From the NCBI GenBank assembly GCA_023515725.1, contig JALDTO010000216.1, forward strand, positions 1 to 14,919: a DNA stretch of 14,919 nt. Reading direction: 5' to 3'. The notes beneath the pieces were generated by a model that was given only the letters and a program-made list of their open reading frames with translations, ran no database searches and was not told the origin of the DNA. The DNA is from Amoeboaphelidium protococcarum X5. Lineage: Eukaryota; Fungi; Aphelidiomycota. Made by a program: the position numbers and the translations under genes. Of this stretch, positions 1 through 10,083 are shown one piece after another; positions within the stretch are counted from its first letter, which is position 1; each line of letters begins with the position of its first letter.

Positions 1-468
1 GAAAGATTGCAGGCACCAGAGTTCTTTGATGGTCATAGAAAATCCATTACATAGCTGGTATCACCTCCAAACTCTGCGCAATAAGTGTAGTAGCATTAAT
101 TGGCATAGCGATAGGAAATGCAGTATGGTGTACCATTGAAGCGTCAGTCAATACACATCCAAACGACGTCTTCTGTCAATGATGGCATTGACCATGCTAG
201 TAAGAAGCTACGATTGTCGCCATTGAATGAGTAAAACTTTGAAGTGTTACGTTAGCAATCTAAGAACTAGCAATAGCAATAAATGTCACCTGTAAAGGAG
301 TATGATGAATAGCTGTAGCAGCATCTCTAATCCCAATAAATGGAGTAGTAGAATAACGCGTCTATTAAATTGGCACCTTTGAAAAACTTGAGCCCTGAGG
401 GACAACCCGCTGATATGTAGCAGTAGAATGTGATGGAGCGAGTAAGAACTAGCGAACATGCTGTATGA
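1..468 (+). CDS. 3' end of an unknown Gln-rich, low-complexity protein (partial, 155 codons visible)
   Basis: Frame +1 is free of TGA from position 1 to TGA 466-468. It has 20 TAA/TAG codons mixed with 12 CAA/CAG codons in Q-runs (e.g. AAC TAG CAA TAG CAA TAA ATG = NQQQQQM). AT-rich sequence follows the stop. No recognisable domain. Confidence 0.8.
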
Positions 469-703
469 CTCTGAAATAAGTTAATAATTGAGCTTTTGTA
501 ATTTAATAATAGTATATGACTTGACTTTCGCTTCTTCCATACCCCTTAAGTAGGCCGCCACTCATTCACGCCAACTTTCAACAGGGACAAGTAACGCTGC
601 GAGCCCCGCGTAGGCGATCGCTGTACCAAAACTGTAAAAGCTTGTAGACAAAAATTTTCATGATTTATATTAGATAAGTGTTCTCTCTCATAACGAATTC
701 ATA

Positions 704-1550
704 ATGATTCTTTTAATTCTTGGCAAGGAGAATCTTAATCTTGAGGATTACGTTTAATCATGGTAGATCGTACTGATCGTCCTGCTCTCCCTCGCCAACC
801 TTTTGCAATCTATATCTCATCTACCGTAAGAATTTTGTAATGACCAAATGTATGACATTCAATTACTCCATGTGTAGATAGCTTATTGTGAATTTAAAAT
901 CAAAGAGCTCTCAGGCCTTGTCAGATGGATTCCTTTTCTTTGGATTGATTCATGGCATCTCGCTCTGTTGTTGGTAAGGCTTGAGATCTGGCTTTAATAT
1001 CTACCTGCTTGCGCCGATAATTTATACATTTTTCGCGGGGGCTCTTGCTTCGTAGAGAATATATCATTAATTTCCTAGTGTACCAAGTCTTAAGAGTAAG
1101 TCTAATGGGAAATTGTTTAACTCGCTGGCCGCGGAATAGTTGGTGTAAGTTGTGCCAAAGTACGTAATGCAGTACTTTGCGCTTATCATTGCGTGCTACT
1201 CTGCTCTGATTTTGCGCCTCGACGGTACTTTCGTCACTCTTTTTGTTTATCTTCCGACGCTGACTATGCTGCAATTTTATCATCAAGTCAAGTATATCAG
1301 GTTATCTGGACCAGAATTGAACGCGTCGAGGATGATTTACATTCTGACATTCGCATCAAATTTACTATCGCTGGCAGCTCTCATAGTAGTCACGTCACTG
1401 CGACCTTCAATGCTTTGCATCATATGCTGGGTCTTATTCAGTTTGAATCTGCTCCCGCCTTTGCTATCATCTATCATTATTCTGCGTTAACTCCATATTG
1501 TTGACAAAGGGCGTTACGATTTGATGCGCGAAGAGTTAATCACGCATTGA
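704..1550 (+). CDS. PQ-loop repeat (PQLC/cystinosin-like) multi-pass membrane protein, join(704..825,878..1550), 264 aa
   Basis: With TAR=Gln and a 52-nt intron it reads MILLILGKENLNLEDYVQSWQIVLIVLLSLANLLQSISHLPQLIVNLKSKSSQALSDGFLFFGLIHG, matching the PQ-loop pattern TM-LPQ-x3-N-x3-KS-x-(G/A)LS. Several more hydrophobic segments follow, including track ORF 1152..1490. Ends at TGA 1548-1550. Confidence 0.75.
826..877 (+). other. Spliceosomal intron, 52 nt, phase 2
   Basis: GTAAGA...TGTGTAG. Removal gives CC|A TAG = Pro-Gln of the PQ motif and joins two otherwise out-of-frame coding segments. Confidence 0.8.
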
Positions 1551-1653
1551 AACAATATTTAACAAAAATTATAATTGAAACATGATGGTCATGACTAATA
1601 TTAAAATCAACTTACCAAATTAATCAATTAATTACATCATTAAATATTCACTT

Positions 1654-2604
1654 TCAAATAAACTCGCCCTAACGAATCCAAACATTAAGTCCGTACTTTT
1701 CAGCATTGCCAATAATTGGACTACCACCGTGCTAAGTGGCACGATCTTCAACCTAGTTATCATCAGTATTGTACCAGAAGGCGGCATCTCCCACAACAGC
1801 AGGAACATCCACGTTGATTTGGGGGAAAGATGTTGCTCCTCCGTGCTTCTCCATGTCAACAGTGTTCAAGTAAGCGAAAATGGTGATTTCTCTCTGCCCA
1901 CCGCGCTTCAGCTCTTAATCTGCGCCAGGGAATGCAACATCAAACCAATCGTAATGGGGCTTATATTGCTGGCCTTCGCGATACCATACCACTTGCAATG
2001 GCTCGATATTATGCACAGGCTTATCAACAAACATTGAGATTCTCTCCTCAATGCACTTCACAACCTTGTCGTGTGACCTTTCCAAGTGAGCACTTGAACT
2101 AGTTCTGATTTCCGATATTCTCGTATCATCACTATCAGATACGATTGTGCTCCTTTTAAACAATGGTCTGGCTGCCTCAATCAAGTGCTGAGACTCACCG
2201 CGCGTCAGTATCTTGCTCAGGTACATCATGAAAGGCTTACGACGCATTATGTTGACACCAAATTTGTAATTGCGATCGCACACATACTAATCCATGAACA
2301 CGGTATCATTGAAAGATCCGTCAGCATTCCAACTACCCAAAGGATCTACTACGCCTTGAATCTCAGCTAGCTGCTCTGAATGGGCACTCTGCATGATTTT
2401 AGCAAGCTCCACCTAAGCGCGACGATTTAGCCATTGAGGTAAATGATAATAGTGAGCAGCAAAGGTCAGAATGAGAGCTAGAATGGCAACAGCGATATAT
2501 CCAGAAGACCAACCACGTCTCGTAGTCTTTGTTTCAACGCGTAACGACTAAGGCAAGCTATCATGTTTATTAACAGACTTGGATCGTGATCTTAATTTTC
2601 CCAT
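1654..2604 (-). CDS. Prolyl 4-hydroxylase (Fe(II)/2-oxoglutarate dioxygenase), type II membrane-anchored, copy 1, 316 aa
   Basis: ATG 2604 to TGA 1654-1656 is uninterrupted with TAR=Gln. N-terminal TM (YIAVAILALILTFAAHYY). Motifs include RTSSSAHL, EPLQVVWYREGQQYKPHYDWF (HxD), GGQREITIFAYLN, GGATSFP, GDAAFWYN, HGGSPII (distal His) and EKYGLNVWIR (2OG-binding Lys). Confidence 0.92.
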
Positions 2605-3011
2605 AATTTTATAAAGTGTTACGCGTGTAAATATAGGCAAAGTAATCAAAAAGTCAAACAATACAGAATGGATAAAAAGATGGTGGATGATCGAGAGTCA
2701 CCGCGATCAGTCTGTAATCACTAGACGCTATCTGATTGGATGACCTTGGGTGTTTGACTTGGCAAAAATGAAGAGCGGCTGTATGGACTGATGATATTAA
2801 ACAGTGAGCACTTTGCATCTGAAGTGTTGTACATAGAAAAGCTATTAGTGTTAGTGCAGTTGTTTGGTACTGGTTTTGCTGATGTAACTTCATTTGACAT
2901 TAAGTTAAATAAAGGTCTTTGTCTGTAATAAAACACGGCGACAATCTTATAATGACTGAAAATCAGAGCTAATAGAATTTTGATGCTCAAGACTACGATT
3001 AATAAAATTAA

Positions 3012-4094
3012 ATGGAAGAGGCAGTTTAAGTAAATTATGCTGCCTAGACTAAATCTTTGAATAATGGGCGCTCTAGAATGTAGAGGAAGAAATTATAATA
3101 GTATTATCTGCGATAAAGCGCGATACAATCTGGAATGCAAGATGTCGATCTATTGCAAAGGGGCGAATTAACTGTAGATTCTACAGAGGAAGATGCTCTG
3201 GCAAGGAGGGCTTTGATTCTGAGTTTCGCTGCCAACATTGTCTTGTTGGGTGTCAGAGTTGCCGTTGCAGTGCTCTCTGGATCGCTGTCTTTGATTGTTG
3301 CTCTGATGGATGCAGTGCTGGACGTGTTATCTAGTTCATTCATGTTTTGGGCTGCAAAGTAAGCTAATTCAGTGGACATTTATCGATATCCAGTTGGGAA
3401 GCATCGCTATGAGTCACTTGGAGTTGTTATATTCAGCACCATTATGGGAACCGCTGCTTTCACTTTAATCGTCGAAGGTGTGCGATAGTTGATTGAGCCT
3501 CACGATGGTCTGACCGAGACTTTAAATAGTCAATGGCTCGTTGTCGGCTTCACTATCTTTGTGGTCGCCTTCAAATTTCTGTTGTATCTCTACTGTCGAA
3601 GGTCAAGAAGTGCAGCGGTTTAGGCATTTGCCACAGATCATTTGAACGATGTGTTTGTCAATTCATTATCCCTTGTCGGTGCTCTGTTAGGCGCGTATGT
3701 CGCGTGGTAAGCTGATCCTAGTATAGCTATTGCTTTGGCTTGTTACGTTCTATTCAGCTGGAGTAGGCAAGCATATGGGCAGGTTCGATCTCTGGTGGGT
3801 ATCGCTGCACCGCACGAGTTTTTGCAAAAGCTCACATACTTGGCCACGGTGCATCATGCTGAGTAGATTGTGGCAGTGGATACTGTTCGTGCATACACAA
3901 TTGGCGAAATGTATCTGGCAGAGGTGGACATTGTTCTGCCTGGGGATATGACTCTGAAAGAAGCGCATGATATTGGAGAGGACTTGCAAATCAAAATTGA
4001 ATCACTTCCTGAGGTTGGTCGCGCCTTTGTGCATCTCGATTATGAAGGTACCCACAGACCAGAGCATTAAAACGCATTAAATAAATAAAACTGA
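3012..4094 (+). CDS. Cation diffusion facilitator, Mn-CDF (MTP8-11-like) metal transporter, 360 aa
   Basis: Single frame from ATG 3012 to TGA 4092-4094. Motifs include [16 protein letters not shown] (TM2 DxxxD), [23 protein letters not shown] (TM5 DxxxD) and the C-terminal VDTVRAY...EVDIVLP...[35 protein letters not shown]. Confidence 0.93.
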
Positions 4095-4153
4095 AAGCAG
4101 ATTAATGAATTTAAATGGTGTATATTAAATATAATGATTTTTACTATGTAATT

Positions 4154-5335
4154 TCACCATAAATATCTACTCTACTTGATGTTATCTGGTGTATGTAAAT
4201 CGCGTAATGTATCGCACAGATCTTGTACCAGAGGATCCTGAGAGCTCTCAACGTTGAACAAACCAGATTGAGCCTAAGCCAATCTCTAGCTTCTCTCCTG
4301 CCTTTGCTTCAGCTCCAAGTTAACCCGATCGGTACTGTAATCTTGATCAGTGTAGAGAAGTGATGGAAAAGTCGAGATTCTATGGCTATCCGCGGATGAT
4401 TCCACATCGGCATTATCTGCATCACTTTATGCATCTTCGAAATCAGAGTTCTCTGCTTCAGCCTTAACATCTTTAATAGATTGGAGGTGATTAGTCTCAT
4501 CTTGCATACTCGGTCTCTAGTAGTGGACCCAAACCTTGACCCCAACAACACCACTTCTCAGCAAAACTTTACTGAATCCATAATCAATCAGAGCTGATGC
4601 ATCTTGCTTTGGGCATGATCCTAAGATAAGATCAGACTTGGAGGCCATCTCCTCACCTTTCGGACGACCACTTATACGCATACGCACTCCCAACACTGGC
4701 ATCTCAGTCATGCCAGGCTACAAAGCACGTCGCGGTAACTTTGACTCTTTGAGACCGGGTATCATTTTGGAAACCTTATCGAAAATCATAGTGGAACCGA
4801 CGCGTTTCTTCAACATCTCACACGCCACCTGGGCCATAATCTCAGCATTTCCTAAAGGTGAATCAAGCTGAATAATATCCAGCTTAGTTTTGACGCGTCC
4901 AGTACGCAAATTATCATCTCTGGCGCGCCCAGATGTACCAGGTGCTTAAAATTGACCAAATACCTTACTCAGCGATCCTTCAATCTAAGACCAGTTGATC
5001 TTCTGCGCATCTTTATCATTGTAAACGAATAGCCGTACCAAATTACCAGCGACTGCTCTATAAACCAGCGGTGTGGAGATATACACACTTTTCTCATGCA
5101 GGTATCCTTCAATAAACTACTTAAGCTTCAAATGCTATATATTGTATGATGCATAATGAGCACTCATCGACGCGCCTTCAAGCGGAACGAACATGTTGTT
5201 GTAAAATGGACGCGCGTAATTTCTATCAATAGGGATATTACTCTATTAATTAAGGCGCATTATTATAGGATTCTTTTCCTAAGATGCCCATCTTATTGAC
5301 TAGATTACTCGCACAGCAGATATCTACTTGTTCAT
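4154..5335 (-). CDS. rps3: Mitochondrial/bacterial-type ribosomal protein S3 (uS3m), nucleus-encoded, 393 aa
   Basis: ATG 5335 to TGA 4154-4156 in one frame. The S3 C-terminal domain reads GVRMRISGRPKGEEMA...GSCPKQDASALIDYG...SGVVGVKVWV. The N-terminal SQEKNPIIMRL resembles the GQKxNPxxxRL start of bacterial/organellar S3 and is preceded by a short presequence-like peptide. Confidence 0.85.
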
Positions 5336-5557
5336 TGTAAGACGACTTGATAATGGTTTGATATCGTAGCCCAATAAATAAGAAAGTCTGATGAATTAAA
5401 GAACCAGCGATAGAATCTTGCAGAGAATCTCACTCGGTGCAATTTAAAGAAACTCGCTGATAGAAAATCAAAAACTATACACTTATCAGTAATACTACAA
5501 TTAAATTAACCTGTATTCAACATCAATTACATTTACTTGGGGAAAAATTCAAATCAT

Positions 5558-6487
5558 TCAGTCAAAGGAGCCTTGGCGAATCCAAATATTTAATCCAAAC
5601 TTCTCACCATCGCCAATAATAGGACTTCCGCCGTGCTTGGTCAGAGGATCTTCCTTCTGATCAGCATCAGTGTTAAACCAGAACGCAGCATCACCCAGTC
5701 TTGCAGGGACATCGACATCAATCTCTGGGAAAGAAGTAGCACCACCGTGTTTCTCCATATCGACAGTGTTTAAATAGGCAAAGATGGTGATTTCTCTCTA
5801 ACCACCGCGAGTCAGCTCATTGTCACCTCCAGAGCCATCGCGTTCGAACCAGTCATAGTGAGGCTCATACTTTTAACCTTCGCGGTACCAGACAACCTGC
5901 AATGGTTCAATATTTGGGACAGGCTTATTGACAAATCGAGATACACGCTACTCAATACACTTGACCACCTTATCGTGAGATCTCTGTAGGAAGGCACTAT
6001 GGCTAGTACGACCTTCATGCACATAATTCTCATCACCGACGACAGTGCTGCGAACAAACAGCGGTCTTGCGACTTCAATCAAATGCTGCGCTTCACCAGG
6101 AGTCAACAAATCGCGCAAGTACATCATGAATGGCTTACGGCGCATCAGATTGACACCGAAAGTAAAATTCTCGTTACACTTGTATCTGTGAGTGAACACC
6201 AGATCATTAAAAGAGCCATCATCATTCCAACTGCCAACAGGATCAACAAGAGCAGTCATTGACGTAGCTGTTTCAGGCGCAGCATAGAGAGCCAGTTTAG
6301 CCAACTGCAACTTGACATTTCTACTAATCGCCTGAGGGATCTAGTAGTAATTCACCATGGTCATCAGAGCGAATACAGCCACTGCAGTGTAGATATAGCC
6401 AGCGAAATTTCTCCAGAAGCCACCTTAGTTGGCAGCATAGGCCACAGAGACACCAGGCGACTATGAGCGTGATCTTGATCTTCCCAT
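5558..6487 (-). CDS. Prolyl 4-hydroxylase, type II membrane-anchored, copy 2, 309 aa
   Basis: ATG 6487 to TGA 5558-5560. Collinear paralog of 1654..2604 (VDPxGSWNxDGSFND, FGVNxMRRKPFMMYL, EPLQVVWYREG, PHYDWF, GGQREITIFAYLN, HGGSPIIG, EKFGLNIWIRQG). Confidence 0.92.
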
Positions 6488-7185
6488 TTTTCTAAAATTT
6501 AAATGCTCAGATAATATTTAGAGAGTTGTCGCAGCAAAGTTATTTAAAATGTTAAATTTGAAAATGAAAAGTTATAGAGTTGCAAGTAATAATGTTATCG
6601 CTCAGAGAATTAAACCAATTAAAAGTAGCCGCTGTGATTGGTCAAGACTGTGAGGCTGAAATCTTCTAGTGAGATCGCTCTCTGGTTACATGAATCAAAA
6701 GTATCTAGTCTGATATTTCTGATATAGAGCAAATACCAGTCGCTGTATATGTGCATATGAATTTAAATTCAGTAGAATGTTGATTTAATGAATTGATCTT
6801 TTAATGAAAAGGAAGCGATTTCAGCCAGCGTGTTCATTTCAGGGATACTTAACGCGTACGTCAGCGATTATCGTCATTCACACCTTCCCATTTTACCAAA
6901 CAAGAAGTGCTACTATAAGTTGAGCTTTTATTACCAAATTTAAGTAGATTTAGGTTTTAAGCTTTTGTAATTAAGGGTTTTTAAATATTTTGCGTATGAC
7001 AAGTGATAAACGTTACTTACACAATGGTCAAGGAGAATATTGGGAGCGACAGAGTCTTAAAAATAGGCCTAGCCTCTTTCCATCTTATCTGCCCCAAGTA
7101 TACGCCCAGCCCATAATTACGTAATACAGACAGCAAATATAAACGCTATTGTTTATCACGATTATATAATTTATAAAATATATAA

Positions 7186-9777
7186 ATGAGCCTTAGATCT
7201 GCGATAATGGATATTGAAAGCTAACAGCACCCTGCTTCGGAGATTTATCATCATAAAAGTCGCTTCTCATTGCCGACAGGTCACCAGGACATGGTCAGAT
7301 CTGTAAGTGTCTCCCCTGAGCGGCCTGGAAAGCGGCCCACTGAGTCATATAGTGCTATATAATATTTTTCCCGATTAAAGGCCTCCATATAGCGATATGA
7401 TAAAGTATACATGCGCGGATGGCTTACTCCTATTCTGATGTCAGTCATTTGCTGTACTGTTTTCTGCTTGTCGTTATTTTTATCATCCATATCGATAGTC
7501 TACCGGTATCAATCTATATATCCTGGAAATGGAGTAATTGCTGGTGTCTGGATGCTGATATTAGAATATTATAGAGTGCAAAAGTCACGATAGGGAGTGA
7601 CAGTGAGAATGCGTAAACAATTAGATCGCAGATCACGGCTATATCAAGTAGTGTGCATCTCCTCTATGTTCATCACGTATTTCATTTATTACGCAGTGTC
7701 AACTGATCCGTTGTCGAGTATAATATTTTCAGCTATCTTATTCGGAGAAGCGGGTATCATTGTCGGAACTATGAGCTACGTAACTCACAAATTGTAGAAG
7801 AGCTATCGCCTCACAAGTCGCAGAGTGGCTTTTGCGTTGTTTTTGACTTTAGGCGTCGGTGCGACTATCAGTGCTCTGATTGCTGCGGCGTATCTGTCTT
7901 CTGGATCACAAGAGCCTTATGCATTCAGTTCTTATTTTGGTCGATGGCTTCTGAGTGATTCTCTAATCAAGCTGATTGTGATACCGTTCATCCTATCGCT
8001 GGACTTTTCTCTAGTGACCATTTAGAATATACGTGTATATAAGTGGCGAATTTTGCAAGTTTTGGTCTATTGTGCTTGTACTGTTTGTATGCAGATTTTC
8101 TTGCCTGCGCTTCTGGCATAGAATGCTCTGTTCTAAGGCAGAGTCAACAGCGATTTTGCTATATATGTTTCCTTTCCACTGGTTTTGGTTTGTGGTTCAT
8201 TGATGGGCAGTTTTGGATCTACGCTTGCGATCCTGGCACTCACTGTCAGTTTGGTTAATTAGCTTGGTGATCCTTCTATATATTATTCAGGTATGCGTCT
8301 CTTGGATATTCCCGGTTTCCGTTTGATTGCTAGAATGCAAATCTTTATCGTAATAATTCTGCTCACTACTACAGCTTTTAACATTACACAGTTTGAGAAG
8401 AATGAAGCTCTCTAACAAGCTCTAGAGTCAAAATTGATGGCGGAATAGACTAATAAGATGAAGACGATGTTCATGTCATTTCTCTGTCATGAACTGCGTA
8501 ATCCTCTCCATGCAATCACTAACATTATAGAGTTTATGAAGGAGGATTCTGGTATCCAACAAAAGGAGTAACTAGAAGAGGGTCTGATGTAATCTGCTAA
8601 TTATATGAGTCGCCTCATAAATGATGTACTTGATTCTGGAAAGTTTGAAGCTGGCAAAGTGACCTTAGAAAGTCTTCCCGTGGATGTAAAGTCCATAACG
8701 CGGCACATTATCCGACCTATGGAAGAATTGGTGAAGAAGAAGTCTATTACCTTTTAGACTTGTATAGACGACACCTTACCTGATGAAGTCATGCTTGACT
8801 CCATGCGATATCAGTAAATCATTTAAAATTTGCTCTCCAATGCTTACAAGTTTACGCCCGTTGGTGGTGAAATATCATTTTCTTTGAAATTGATGAATGA
8901 AATGAGTAGAGACGTCGATGACCTTGGCACCAGAGTTCTCAGTATTAATGTCAAAGATTCTGGAATTGGTCTATCTCCAGAATAATTGCAATACTTGTTT
9001 GTGCCATACACGCAAGCATCGCTTTCTACAACTAGATAATACGGAGGAACCGGGCTCGGTCTGTCAATCATTCAGCAAATCGTTGATTTGATGCGTGGAT
9101 CCATCAACGTTGACAGTTCTCCTGGCATGGGCACAAGTTTTACTATCAACCTTCCGCTTGCTGTTGAATCTGCTGTGGATGTTCCTGATGATGCGATGCT
9201 TTAGTAATCTGAAAATCTGCAAATGTAGAGTCAGGCGGCATAATGGATTTAGGATGTTTCAAAAAGCGATTCTGCTTAAATACCTGTTACACTTACAAAT
9301 AGTCATATAGTAAATGATACTCCATAGCCTATTTTGGAGCCATCACCTTAGACTGCACCTAGCATTATCACGCCTCCTAAACCGGTTCGAGCTCTTGTTG
9401 TCGATGACGCTGGCATAAATCGAATGATTTTACAGAAGCAATTGCAGTAATTGGGCGTTCAAGACGTGGTGGCTTGTGAAAATGGCCTGGAAGCGTGCGA
9501 TCAATTGAAGAATGCTCATTTTGACATCGTATTTCTGGATCTACACATGCCAGTTATGGATGGATCTGAAGCTATTAAAGTGATCAGAGATGAGCTCCAT
9601 CTAGGAAAAGATATTCTCCCTGTAGTGGCTGTTACCGGAAACCATGTCACAGACACAGAGTCTGCTAGCAAGTTCAACTTAGAAGCGTTCAATCAAATCG
9701 CGTCCAAGCCGTTCCGTAAAGAGGATTGCCGTAAAATTTTGGTACAGTACAACCTGATTTCCCAAGGTACAGTCTGA
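7186..9777 (+). CDS. Hybrid sensor histidine kinase 1: multi-TM MASE1-like sensor, HisKA, HATPase_c, receiver; 863 aa from ATG 7186
   Basis: Frame +1 has no TGA until 9775-9777. About 8 hydrophobic segments. H-box [10 protein letters not shown] (His 8488-8490), N-box [18 protein letters not shown]1 DSGIG, G2 GGTGLGL. Receiver LVVDD...[11 protein letters not shown] (Asp 9538-9540)...VAVTG...KPF. The start is uncertain because an upstream exon is possible. Confidence 0.93.
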
Positions 9778-10083
9778 TGTGAATAAATTAACAATGAATT
9801 AGATTTAAAATAAAATAAAATTGATTATGTTTGAATTTAAAATTTGACTTTTAACCACAGTACCTGATGTGTCTATCCTCGCAGTTTAAATCTCCGATGA
9901 TCCAATCTGAGGGATCGGCGATTGACTCATCGGCCGGCGATGAATCACAATTGGGGGGCAGCGTTGGTGTAAAAGATCGCATGCACATTCATCAACCGAA
10001 ATGAGTAAAAGTAAATTCTACACGGAGGTTCACAGATATTCATTCATCTCGATTGTTGACTGCTTGTATTATTATCGCCCAAA

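Noticed and set aside
520-661. GC-rich spacer as a small minus-strand gene or RNase MRP/snRNA (contains CGGGGCTC)
   Set aside because: Frames are short or interrupted by TGA, and the partner conserved motifs of these RNAs are absent.
760-1504. Alternative reading frame (ATG 760, same intron, track ORF 1193..1504)
   Set aside because: Open under table 6 but has no recognisable features, whereas the other frame gives a PQ-loop motif and coherent TM segments. Long shadow frames are expected with one stop codon.
2654-2990. Track ORFs 2654..2893 and 2721..2990 in the divergent P4H-1/CDF spacer
   Set aside because: No motif and no codon-level support. More likely a bidirectional promoter region.
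5341-5380. Short resemblance to U4 snRNA (TATCGTAGCC)
   Set aside because: Only about 10 nt match, with no U6-pairing 5' arm or Sm site in the right order. It lies immediately upstream of the rps3 start.
6851-6858. ACGCGT (MCB-like) sites here and elsewhere, e.g. near 2621 and 12906
   Set aside because: Most occurrences in the window lie within coding sequence and the neighbouring genes have no shared cell-cycle role.
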